Source of the DNA: Ramazzottius varieornatus
Taxonomy: Eukaryota > Animalia > Tardigrada
Direction: 5' to 3'
DNA: 62,308 nt
Assembly: GCA_001949185.1 (NCBI GenBank)
Contig: BDGG01000025.1
Location: 1 to 62,308, forward strand
Shown: positions 1 to 12,600 of the stretch, piece after piece
Layout of the letters: each line of letters begins with the position of its first letter
How positions within the stretch are numbered: the first letter of the stretch is position 1
Program-made: the position numbers and the translations under genes
Notes under the pieces: model-generated
Databases searched by the model: none
What the model was told of the DNA's origin: nothing
What the model saw: the letters and a program-made list of their open reading frames with translations, nothing else

Positions 1-2346
1 CTTCTTACGCTGGCTATGGCCTCTTTGTCCGGAAATGGCGCCGCATAGGACCACAGCCGTTATTTTCCTCCTGCCAAACATGTACTCTTACTACTATGGT
101 TGCATTCCTCGCGCGAATCGCTAAACGACTAATACAACGCAGCGGAGAATACCTACTCATCCTCCAAGTTGGAAAGCTATCAATACTCGAGCCGTTGCAG
201 TTACTAAATCATGAAATTCAAAATCCTGCATCTTGCATAATCCGGGAAATTGACTGTTCTATTTGAGAAACTTTGAGGTTTTTACCAATGAGAGTATCCA
301 ACATGGCTGCCTCTTTCTGCCTATATACGATATCCTTTGAGAAGGGTCATTTTCTCTACGGAAAGTTGCCGAGTTGAAGCCTCATGGCGATGTCATCCGC
401 GGTAATTTTCCTGGGATGTTTGCGGCGTAAGTTTCCTGCTTCGGTTCTATGGACAGGGAGGCTCGTTACCAGACAAACAAAATCTCACTACAAAGATGCA
501 GCTGGCAGAAATGTAGCCGGCAACTTTTCATTCGCACCGCAGGAGTCCGAGCATTAGATACGAAATGACCGGTTTATACGTTACAGGCAGACAGTTTCTG
601 GCGGTTTACCGAAGTTTCTACCATGACTGAATCTGCGGAGTAAATATCTGCATGCCGGTACGATCCAGCTCCTGCCGTACGATCCCTTTACTGCGTGTGG
701 TTTCCTGCCAGTCTTCATTGTGGCTCTTGTACATTGCCCGCAAAGATAGACTGGTCCTCCGGCATGAACACAGCGTTATTCAAGGAGAGGAAAAGATGAT
801 GCGATAAAGCCCCGATGGCTATGAAAACACGATGGAGTAAAAACCTGCTACAAATTTCATGATAAGTATGCTTGTTTGAATAGATTCATTTTCGCTGCCG
901 GTCTCAAAGGCATGACAATTAACCAAAGAATTACGTGAATAGCGACGGACTTACTATATTGACCTATACGCGCGAACTTTGGAAAAGGAAATTTCCGAAG
1001 ATTTGGGGTACAAATACGTATTAATAGAAACGTAGGGCTGTCTCTGAGAGAAGAAAATGGCTAAAGATACAGAATGTCAAAACGTCGTACGACTGTGCAG
1101 TAAAAAGTCGCACCTGGATGGGCGTGACGGGTTGGCCGGTGGAGGGTAAGGTCGCTAGCAAAATTACGGTGGATATGCAGTTATATCAGTCCCATTTTGA
1201 TGCAGTTGGTTGTCGTTACGGATTCGAGGCCTCTGGTCTGCTGAAACTTCTGCGGGCGAACGGAAGATTCGTTTCGTCAATGTCGGCAGATTATATACTT
1301 TTTGTTGAGAGGTGGGAGAATTTCGGTGGGGTTTCGGTGGGGTTCTTGAAAAGGAGCTGATAGTTTCGGCACCGCTTTATAAAAGTACAGTGTGGGCAAT
1401 TAAGTTACTCTAAAAGGGGGAGGGCCAAAATCGAATTTTCGACAAGTGACGTAGAAACTCCGGCTCGAAGTAATCAGCAGATCAAACGGCAGTTCACGTC
1501 TCTGGATTGCAGCTTGATCAGCTGTTTGCTTTCTGCGTCACGTCGATTTTGGCCTTGCCCCCTCTTAGAGTACCTTATTTGCCTACACTGTACCTCCTTT
1601 AGCTTGAACGGTAGGGAGCTATGATCGGCTCGTTTTGGCATCTGACAGACAAGGGTTGGGAGATGTTTCATGAAGCAGTGATGAACATGGCCAGAACTAT
1701 AATGAACGCAAGACCTCCTCGTTCCATCACAGTACGGTTTCTTAGATTCAAATAGCGAAGTGGATTCCGACATCAGGCGTGATGTCAGAGTAAAAGGTAA
1801 AATAAACACAGAAGGATGAGTGTAACGAGAATTTCAAGTACCGGTGTGTTACGGGCAAGTTCGGAAGAGACAAAGCAACTTTATCAATCCGAGACAACTG
1901 TGCTTTAGTTGAATACAGAAAAGAAGGAAAGGGCGGAAACTGATGAAAGTAGTGCAAGTGCTTCTTGGGTCGATTAGTGATCACAGATATTTAAACGGTC
2001 CCTTGAGAAACTAAGTGAAAAGAAAAGAGGGTGTCGACTGATGGGAGCTGAACTAGGATGTCGTCAACAACAGATATTTTCAGAGATAGGGGAAAAGCAG
2101 GGGCGACCATCGAAGTCAACACGGGAGATATCAAAGACTAACGTGATAATCGATAACTCCCGTAACAGATGGAATCATCGGTGATGTGATACATGAGTAA
2201 GAATGATACAGTTCACACTACGGGGACTTTACACAGTTTGCTCGTTGGACCTCAGATCCTGAAAGAAAATTAATCTGGGTTAGGATTATCAAGTTAGACG
2301 ATGCTCCCGTCTTGTCGATCAGATCATGAAGGAGGTTTTGACAGCT

Positions 2347-2550
2347 CAGGGTTCGGCGAGGGGTCCGAAAGACTTCAGTGGCCGAGGTTGTTGAGGGCAG
2401 GGACCAGGATCCCGCCTGAGAAGTCTTTTGGCTTATCCAGAATCAACACTGTCTGATTGACTGCCCACAAGACTTCTCATGTCTGGTCTTGGCCCCCTGC
2501 CCTCAACAATCTCGGTCACGAAAGTCTTTCAGACCCTGCGTCGACCCCTA
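2347..2550. mobile_element. Foldback MITE-like element
   Basis: Imperfect long inverted arms: gggtccgaaagactt..ccgaggttgttgagggcaggg versus ccctgccctcaacaatctcgg..aagtctttcagaccc. No clean TSD. Confidence 0.6.
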
Positions 2551-4497
2551 ACGACAAACGTATTTTTTGAAAGGAATTAACTACTATGCAGAGCGAAATG
2601 GAAGCAACGGAAAGCGCATTGAGAACGACTCCCAGGAGGATGACGACACCGATGGCAATCAGGTACCGTCGAATACAGGCCCTGTAGATGCAATGATAGA
2701 CAGGGTGGCTCCATGTTGGAATTCTTCTTTCACCGTCTGAACATACTGTGTGAGTCGCCGCGCTCTGCTGCTGCATTGAGCCACTCAGCTCCCTGTCATG
2801 GAGAACACGCCTCTGTGATCCAACACCCACATGTTACTAGTGCAGGCGTCCGAGTGGTCTACTTCCAACTGGAGCTGGCCGTGCAGGTCGATCTCGCGGA
2901 TGTTTTGGGCTGGCTCCATCCGGGTCCATTCGTTGTCTCGGTGTTCATACCGTAGACCGTCAAACTTGGCAACCGATGCTCGCCCAAAGCAGGAAGTAGC
3001 TTTTCAAAGTGCCTTTCCGTCTTGATCGATGGTGAGGTTACCGGTGAGGTTCTGAGTTCTACAGGGAGAAGAGACGCTGGTGAAGGTTAACGTCGCTGGT
3101 TGACAAGCGGGCGACAAGTCCGGACTGCAGTCCCGCATCGAAAGCGTAATAATCCGGTGGGCCCATTTGCTCTCCTGCAGGCATCTTGGTGTCTCTCATG
3201 AGTGGGTAAGCCTACTTTCGAAGCGGCATTGGCTGGCCATCGGACAGTAGCGAAGTCCTCGTGGAGCTGGTTGACGTAGTTTGTGCAGCGAGCCTCAACT
3301 TACATATGTACAGTACAGCAAGTGCGCCCAATCGTACGAAGCCCTACTAGCTGCCCACGGATGGCAGGCGGCAACGTTTTCATACGCTCTGGTTTTGAAT
3401 TTTCGAGTGCGGAAGGTTTGTAGCAGTACTGGATGTACTGTAGATATCTAGTTCGCCCTGTACTGGAAGAAGTTTCGACCCCGTTACACAGGCTCAGGGT
3501 AGCCCATTACAAATGCAACTTTAGTGATCTATCAGGGAACAGATCGAACGCCATATTGCCCTACTCAACTTCGTCTACCTTTGACTTCCGCCATAAAACG
3601 GAGAGTATGTCACAAACTGAAGAGATCGCGCCACTCATAAAATCCCACACAAATGTTACATCGCGTCAAACAGCAAAACCTATGGTGCGAGAAGCTGCCA
3701 GTTTTCCGCTGAGGGACCAGATGGCTTCCGGTCCGGGAAGATGTCTGATGTGACTGGCCCGTAGAAACAGTTGATGACGTCGGAGTAGGTTGTCTTCACG
3801 GTACATGACTTCCGCCTGCGGATGGCCGGCGAATATCCATCCACTGCGTCACCTCACTGTATCCCAACGCAACTCGTTGTAATTGAGGTCTAACTTAGGT
3901 TTCGCCTACACAGATGTAACCGGTATCACGCTGTTTATTTGGTTTTTTTCTCTCTTTCAAACTGGTCAGTTACTCTAGAGCATATCGCATTTCGCAGCAT
4001 TTTGGTCCAGTAAGCTGAAGTTCCTTCAGTTTACTTTACATTAAAATGAGCAGTTATCATATTGAAAGCGATGGCCGTTACTTTCGTGACTTCAAACTCA
4101 AGAAAACCGGAAAATGCAAACTGGCTCTCGAACATGAAGCCTGAGATCGCCTTTAATCGTCTAGGGGCGGCCGGAAGGGCAAAAATGAGGTTAGTAGTCG
4201 TCGAGCCTTTTCACAGTGTTCACACCTTGCTTATTTTCAGACTCGGGAATTTTATCAATGTTACATCGATAAAATTTGACAGTCTGAAAATATGCAGGTT
4301 CTGAACAGGGTCGCAGACTACCAACCTCATTTTCGCCGTTCCGGCCGCCCATAATCGTCCATGATCGATCGCACAATAGCACAGTACAAGCGGCAAATCT
4401 CTCGCTCTAAGGTGAATAAAACTGAGCAAAAGCTTCAACATAACCGCTTCCGTAAAGAGATGTGTGGCCCAAATATTTCGAGAAAAGGAAACTCTGC

Positions 4498-7400
4498 TTA
4501 TGGTGGTTGAGGCAGTTGCTGAAGGGATCCGGGAGCTTGTAACCGGAGATACTGAAACCAAGAACACGGGTCAGTTTGCACGAAACCTCGAAACCCTCGC
4601 CCACCGGTAACCTCGAGGTATCATAATACGCACATGGATAACTAGTGAAGGTCCACCCGCAACTATCTCTTGCGGTATCTGAGTTAAAGGGCAGTTCTCG
4701 ATACTCATGATCTGTAGGCAGTTGCAGTACGCAAGTTCGATTGGCAGTGAATGTAGATACGAGTTGTCGTTCAGGTACAACGTTTCTAGTTTGTTCAGCT
4801 GACCTTCAGTGAAAACAATGCGATAATTGTTGCGTGACATGCGTCATACCCTGACCTTACCATGTGCTCTGATAAACAACGCTTACCGATCGATTTTGGG
4901 ATGGAAGTGAGGAGGTTTTCCCCAGCACCAATGTAAGTCAGGCTTTTCAGCGACTTGATGGCTTCAGGCAAACTTGTGAGCTGATTAGCTTGAACAACCA
5001 GACGAGTCAGCTCTTCAAGTTGACCAATCTCATCCGGCAGCGACTTGAGCTTGTTTTCTTCCAGGTCGAGGACACGGAGCTTCTTCAGCTTCCCGATGCT
5101 TGCGGGCAGATACTGCAAAAGAACAAGAAAATTAATATTGATACGCCTCCGTGCGTACATGAGGCTGGGACGGACGTTTACCGGAAGGTCGTTATTGCTG
5201 AGTATGAGTATTTCCAGGTTAACGAGCATTCCAATATCAGCCGGCAGACTGGCTAGTTTGTTGGTTCCAAAGTTCAATTCAACAACGCTAGTCCACGAAC
5301 CAATGTCTGAACAAGACAAAAACCCGGAAGGTTGGGCTCCACAGCCATCTTCTGTTTTCATCTCAACTAGTTTCTGGCCCGGTCCGGAGAGCGTTCGGGG
5401 CCGTGATTCCGTCCTAAACAGATCTGGGCCAGTCGGGGTACTATTCGGTGGCTATGTGGTGCAGGTCAGGAACTTTCATGTCCCATAGACTTGAGTTTGT
5501 AGGTTTTACTGAGGTGCAATAGAAACCGTAGGGAAAGCAATGGAAGCGTCAATGGCAAGCGGCCCATTACGTTCTGTCCCTACCATGCACTCAGCAGGCG
5601 GGAAAAAGAAACCATGCATAACGGGCCTCTCTGGCTCTGGCTTTAGCTTCAGTGGATTGGGCACCATATGTGCCATGGCTTCAGCACGTATGGACCATGG
5701 AGCCACGGAGACTGAAGCTTAGAGAAAAGGCCGGAGAGGCCGCTTTAGGCTATGCCTGGCATTTCAGTAAAAAAAAACTCAAGTCTACGGATATGAAAGT
5801 TCCTGACCTGTACCAGATAGCCACCAAATAGCCACCGAATACTACCCCGACTGGCCCAGATCTGTTTAGGAAGGGATCAGGGCTCCAGACGCTCTCCGGA
5901 CCGGGCGGAGAAGATGCATAGTGTACCAAGTGGCAAACTCTTCAGCAAGTTTTCTTTGAGATTGATTTTGGTCAGGTGTTCCGCTTTGGAAAATATGAGG
6001 AATGGTATGGAGGTGATCTGATTGTGCTCCATTGTCACGGACTGCAACAGAAGGGTCAGCTCCAGTGTTGTGTTCAGTCTGGGGCATAAATTCCGGCCTT
6101 TATATCAGCTTTCGAGAATAGTCTTCAGTTGTTTTGTGCTGCTTGATCAGTCGTTGAGTGCGTAAACTATGCCCAGACTGAATACAACCTTGCTCAGTTT
6201 GCTCCATCTGAAAAAGTATGGAAAAGTGGACTGACTTTACCTGAACGGAACAAAACTGGGAAGGTCCTCCGCTTGGAAATTCTGAAAACCGGTTACGCGA
6301 CAGAGTTACGCTGTTGATATGGTTTAGATGAGCAAGTAGTCCATGCGGTAATTCGGGAATGTTGTTGTGCTCGATGTTGAACTCGTCGAGTTTTCCGCAG
6401 TGACGTAGCGTATCCGGCACCGCAGCCAGCCGGTTATATCTGAACAATGCAAGAAGGAATGGCAAGACGCTTTGAACGGATCGCCACGAAGTTCATGAGG
6501 TACCTTAGGCCAAGGCGCGCCAGTGAGACGAGGTTGCCGACCGAGTCGGGAATGTCTTGAAGTTCGTTGTGCTGAAGGTCTAGCGTGGTTAGCAGGGAAA
6601 GGTTCCCCACCTCCGCCGGTACGGATTCCAGTTGGTTGTTGGACAGATCGAGGGTTGTGAGCTTACTCAAAAGGCCGATTTCTCTCGGTAAGGTCCTCAC
6701 CTTGTTTTCTCTTAAGCTTAGGATGGTCAGGTTCTGTCGAAAATAAACCCATCCACTAAGGTTCGACGAAGAATTTCATAGGACTGACAAGAAACCGGCT
6801 TATTGCGTCTGAGTACGAGAAAAACTGTTTGCGCTACTTACGCTTAGCTTGGCAATATCTTCTGCTACTGATCGAATTTTATTGAAGCGTAGATGGAGTG
6901 TCGTAAGGGAAATGAATTTGTACACGACATCGGGAATCTATACGACTTAACGAGGATCATATGGCGAAGAGTGCGTAACGCTGATGAGAAAGTGATGGAT
7001 ACGTGCATCCGATCTCACCTCCTGCAGTTTGTTATGTCGCAGGTCCAGGATACGCAGAGAGACAAGCCCACTCATTGACGAGGGCAAAGTCGTCAAGGAG
7101 TTTTCGTGGAGAGCCAACACTTGCAACGAGCTCAGTTCCCCAATTTCTAATGGTACCGCAGTCAGCTTGTTGCCGTATAGATACAATTCCGTAAGATGTC
7201 CCAACTATAACGATATCACACTGTTATACAACACCGGCTAGGGAAGTAAGGGCCAGACTGTACCTCTTTGATCGACGGCGGAACGGACGTAATCTGTGGA
7301 AAATACAAAGAAAAAGTTAGGCGTGGTGTTTATGATAGTGCGGGAATGGGCGAAATGTACAAAGGAAAAGCAGACTGTCATTTCCGGCCCGAGATTTAAT

Positions 7401-8345
7401 GATTAGACTGGGAGCCTCACACAAATATCCGCATGCGCCATTGAACTGATCAATCACTATCAACATGAAGCTTTGTCGAGCTTCCTTCTTCGCAAACTCG
7501 ATCCATATGACAGATCTCCGTTGACCACGAACTCACACAAGGCAAAATCAAACTTCCGTAGGAGGTACTGTAACGTTTTTTTTCTTTGATAATTGATTTT
7601 CTGAATTCAAACAGTACGAGTACCGGTTAAACAGGCGAAAATTCGCGAAGAACAGAGTCCGAGAGGATTTTAGGCGGTCATAACTCTAAGTACGCATCAA
7701 AGTGTCTGCTGACGTCATGAAAGTATTTCTCAAATGGTGTTCTCAAGCGAGAATGATTGGGTCAACAACTTCAGTCTGACAGTCGTCAGCTGAAAGTATC
7801 TGTTCGTTTGTTTCAGTACCTCATCGGCTTGAGGTCGCGCTCGGGCTTAGGTACTTAGGTACTTACGTTGGATTTGGTGAGATCAAGTCGAATGAGCTTC
7901 TCTTCCTTGCAGCGAGCAATTTCCTTGAAGGCATCCTACGGCGAGAATAAACCTCGATATCAGCGCAGAGTTGTATTAACACATAGTATAGATGATCTGA
8001 CATTAGTTGAAAATAAACAAGAAGAAGTCCATGACGGGAGAAATCACTAACTTGGGCAGGTTGAGCGGACTTTTTGGATTTAGCAGTGGACGGTTTAGGC
8101 TTCGAGTCATCCGGCAAGGTCAGCATCACCTTCCGGGCGAGCCGTGACACAGGATGGGCATCGTTAGATCCGGTGAGTATACTCGTGGTACCTTTGGCAT
8201 TGATGTTTTCCTGTATGATCAAAAGTTGGCGTTTTCGTTGAATCAAAACAGTACGAGCAGCACGTTGCCAAAACCTGGCTGACAAACTAGCTGAATTTAC
8301 CCGACTTTCGTCTGCCACACGCGGCAGCATCTCGTCCATTTTCAT
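4498..8345 (-). CDS. SHOC2: Leucine-rich repeat scaffold SHOC2/SUR-8 (multi-exon)
   Basis: Spliced minus-strand LRR exons: [83 protein letters not shown] and the diagnostic C-terminus [41 protein letters not shown]. Last exon 4551-4498 reads [17 protein letters not shown]. The start at 8345 (MKMDEM) is probable, not proven. Confidence 0.93.
5377..5906. mobile_element. MITE with ~120-bp inverted arms in a SHOC2 intron
   Basis: gcccggtccggagagcg...cctaaacagatctgggccagtcggggta...agacttgagttt at the left is mirrored by aaactcaagtcta...taccccgactggcccagatctgtttagg...cgctctccggaccgggc at the right. Confidence 0.8.
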
Positions 8346-9628
8346 ACTACGAGGACGACCGAGATGATGGAACGAAGACGTGGTCGTGGTTGAGACTTTT
8401 CACAGTGGGTGGAAACTGGAACGGCAGACCAAAGGGAAATAGAGTTGCGTGACTTGGTTCATGGAGAATATGACACGAGCAACGACTATTATCATGAAGA
8501 AGAGGAAGTATCATACCGTACAATGGCTAGAAACAGGAAGAGACGTCGCAAAGCCCGGTCAGTTTTTGGAGAGTATGGCCTTCAGCGAAAGATGTGGCAC
8601 TCACTTACTTACACGCACTCCTCATGATCCCCGTCTGCGTATGGATGGAAGCTTCACCGTTTCATCGGCATAACTCCGAGTTCCGCTTTATTCTTTTCAG
8701 TAACAAAGTAAACTAATTTGCGTAATGGATGAAAACACAACCGCGAAGTGGAAAGAGATTTACGGCAGCATTGAGAGAATACACACAGAGAAAACGGGAT
8801 CGCTACAGGGGCAGATATTAAATTTGTGTACACATGGTCTTGTGCTTCAGAAGCCAGAGAACCCCCTCGGTGGTACTCTTCTCTGTGTGGTAAAATTTAA
8901 TGGCTCTTGAGATCAGCCAGCCATCGTTGCCAGCTTTCACGAAAATGTCTTTGCGGAGCACAGACACGGAGGACGGCGTTATCCGTGCGACGAGTGAGAA
9001 GTACTTAGTCCCCTCCTGCAAAGGAAAAGAAAATCGATAATCTCATACACCACGCGTATAGACTGTGCAATAGAACATAGGTATCTCGAGTTCCCAGCCG
9101 GCAGTTTTCGACAGTAGCATGCCCGTCTGAAGATACTCGATAGAACCATGGTCTCAAGATGAGGGAAAGGTACCGACAGTTGCCTTTCCCTCACAGATCT
9201 TTTTCCAGCGAGGAGGAAGAAGTAAGCTCACGGTTCCGTCCACGGAAAAAATGTAAAATTGAGCCGCCCAGCAAGAGCTTTGGGCCTTCGGGACGTGCCC
9301 AAAAAATGAGTCATGCTTTTATCGATATAATTCAATCTGTTGACGTGGCTCTCCAAGCTTCCGTACGATCTAATTGTACTCTTGAATGGAATGAAAGTCT
9401 CATCGCCGGCGGGCAAGGGATGGACCACTCAAGCGGAAAGCCTTTCACAACCTCCCTGGGACAGCGCGTGCGATGAGGAAGTACATAGTATAAGCCACAC
9501 GAGGCACAGCCTCGAAGATTGCTGTTCTCAGCTGATCAAAGGCGTGCCGTAGTGAGCACCGTACGGCTCACCATTTCAAGCTAACCAAGAATTGATCTGT
9601 GATTTCCGAGAAATTCTTCCGGTGCAGA

Positions 9629-12600
9629 ATGGACAGCCTTTTTGTGCTATTCAAACTTGCATACCTGGTACTCTGCAGCTCCGAGGACGTCACTTTGTCA
9701 GTAAGTTCGAGTACAACATTTGGACGAGACGAATCGTGCACGAGAGAATCGTGTTCAAGGACGAGAAGGTAAGTCTCATTCTTCCAGCTCATTCTAATCA
9801 GCTAACCTGGTTGTCTTCTTTCTCAGGTATCTGCTGTATGATGTAAATCCAGGAGAAGGTTTCAACCTACGGAGAGATGTTTACCTACGGGCTGCAATCT
9901 TTCTCAAACACCTAAACGACAGGGACACCAAGAATGAATGGACACTGGTTTTACCTCCATGGGGCCCACTGTACCATTGGCAGCGACGCGATATTCCCCA
10001 GGAAGGTCTTCCATGGTCCCTGTTCTTCGACATCCTAAGCCTGAATAGCTACGTGCCGGTGATGGAGTTTGATGACTATCTCGCGGGTAGGTTGCGGATA
10101 AAAATTAATAGTTTTGAAATTCGCACTTTCGCAGTTCGCCATATATAACCGACGATCTGTATGCATTACATTGCTGAACACGTCCTAACAGTATACATAC
10201 TTACACACATGACCCACCGCGTTTGGTGTCTCAGTCTTAGACTCAAAATCAGATTCCGTCGTCTGATTTCTTGTTCAGAATCGGAATTCTCACTCAGGCC
10301 GTTTGTAACGGTCAGCTAAATCGGCTTCTGTGTCTTGGAGGACGTCGGTAATAGTTAGAGTACGCCGGCAAAAGTTTACCTGGCGTACACTGGACCCGAC
10401 GTGACCGAGATTTGGTGTGGCAAAATCGCCAGCTTTATTTCTATTCTTTTCGTAAGATTTCACAACCTCGCTTCGCTTCAAGGCTGTTTAATCAAGGTTT
10501 CGCATACAGTACCGCACGCACTATACAAAAATAAAATCAAGATCCAGTCGACACAAGGTTTGTTGGATAAAGATCTGGTGACGCGTCGTTCCATCTCTGG
10601 TGGCAGGTCGTTCGGGACGTGAGCCGGATCGGTACAGGACCCGTTGGTTCATGGAATACTGTCGGAGCTGATTGGTACGCTTCGATATAATGATTATCGA
10701 TAGAAGGCTCGGCTAAGCAAAAATTAGCCGTACGAGGTGGAGGACATCATTCGGACACAGCAAAATTCGCGTCAGAATTCGGACACAGTTGCGGCATAGG
10801 GTGGCACCACAGTGCGTTCCATCTTACTCACACTGAAGCTGATACCGAACTGCAATTTCGCTCTGCAGCATCTTCTAATATCGCGGTTTAAGCTTTACAT
10901 GCCAGCTGAGCTTCCCCCATGAAGTTACGTTTTGCCCTGATTGACATCAGCACATCCACATAGTGAATGGTCATATCAGAGCGGAAACAGAGGACCAATG
11001 ATACTTGATAGTCCACACAAAAACAAAGAACAGTGTCTATCAGAATCTACACCCGACAACTAGACTTTGCGAGCCTTCTTGATTTTCTCTTTCGCAGGCC
11101 GTGAAGAGGCCTTCCGTTTCGATGCTGTAGCAGCTTGTACGGCTAACTCCATGCAGCCTCGCAGCACCTTTGAGGCTCTGTCCATTTTTCACATCGTGGA
11201 GAGCTGCATCCATCGATAGCTCCTTGAACAACTGAGATGCTGTCTTCAGATTAGATAGGGAAGGCATGGTTGGGAGATGAAAGTATCACACAAAGGGAAG
11301 GAGAAAGTAATTGAAAAATTGGCAATGTGGTATTGCATCAGACCATGTCGACCATGCGAAATTACGTCATCAAGTAGGCTTCAAGCTGCCTATCAGTTGT
11401 AAAACCCAGACCCATGTTAAAACCAAGTTTGTGACGTATAGCAAATTGTTAATCACGACGACTCAAGCGCCTCTGGTGGCCTCACTCACCTCGATTTTAT
11501 AGGCTTTTTAACATTAGGAAGACCCTTCCCTTTTTGAGACCTCCTTTAACAAGTTCTGACCATCCGATGTTCTTGAGACTACAAAGTGCGATAGGTAAAG
11601 GGATCGTTTATGTTGAAAACCAAACATGAGGTCAATCTATCCAGTAACTACGCTGAATAACTGTGTCCGAATTGTGACGCGAAATTTTCTGTGTTCGAAT
11701 AATGTCCTCTACCTCGTAGCTAAAACGGCTTGACCATACATCAGTAAATCAACTGAACGTATAGGGATGTTGAGCATCCGACCAACGCTGGATAACCGGA
11801 TCCTGGGTGGCGGTGCAATAGAATCTTCAGACCAGCCCCTGGCCGTAAGCAGTGACAGCTGGGCAAGTGACCCCCTGTACCAACCGTTGATTTGACTACT
11901 TTTTGCAAACCACAAGACTGCAACACTCTCGACGGCGATCCGCAGTTGAGTGGCCACCTGACACTGTCACTTCTTATAGCCAGGTGCTGGTCTGAAGATT
12001 CTATTGCGCAGCCACCTATTAATCGGATATCGCGGGCGCTTTCCCGTTGATTGCTTGAAATGCGCTGACGGTAGTCTCAGCGAGACTATGAGAGAGCTTT
12101 AACTTCACTCTCGTTGTGGGGCCCGTCGGTCGTTCACACCAGCTGGTAATGATGAGCATTACACGCAGATGGCCCGTGTAATGTAGAGCGTAATGTGAAA
12201 TAGTGTAATTGTAAAGTGTAATTACATTTTACACTAGTTTACATTTTACAGACCGAGCGGTTTGTAACGCCTAAAAGTGACAAGGAGCGACGAAAACGAC
12301 GAACCAGCTATGTCTATAATTTGCATAGAATATAGATCTTAGTAATTGTCTTCCAGGCAAAGATGAAAATACGGTTGCAGAATGACCACACTGAGGAAGT
12401 TTCTGACATTTTTCTGCGTAAGTTAGCCGAATTTCGAATTTCTGGCGGCAAAATACTCAAAAATACCGCAGATTCTGGCAGGTAAAAGTTGTAATTACAT
12501 TTCACCTTTACATTACAACTTCCCCCTGGTACTGTCGTGTGAAAGTGTAATTGTAATGTAAAATGTGAAGCTCATCATTATCAGCTGGTGACTGAACGGT

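Noticed and set aside
60-3400. Coding-like minus-strand stretches with hydrophobic segments, possibly a decayed gene or envelope remnant
   Set aside because: Frequent stops in all frames and no motif I can assign.
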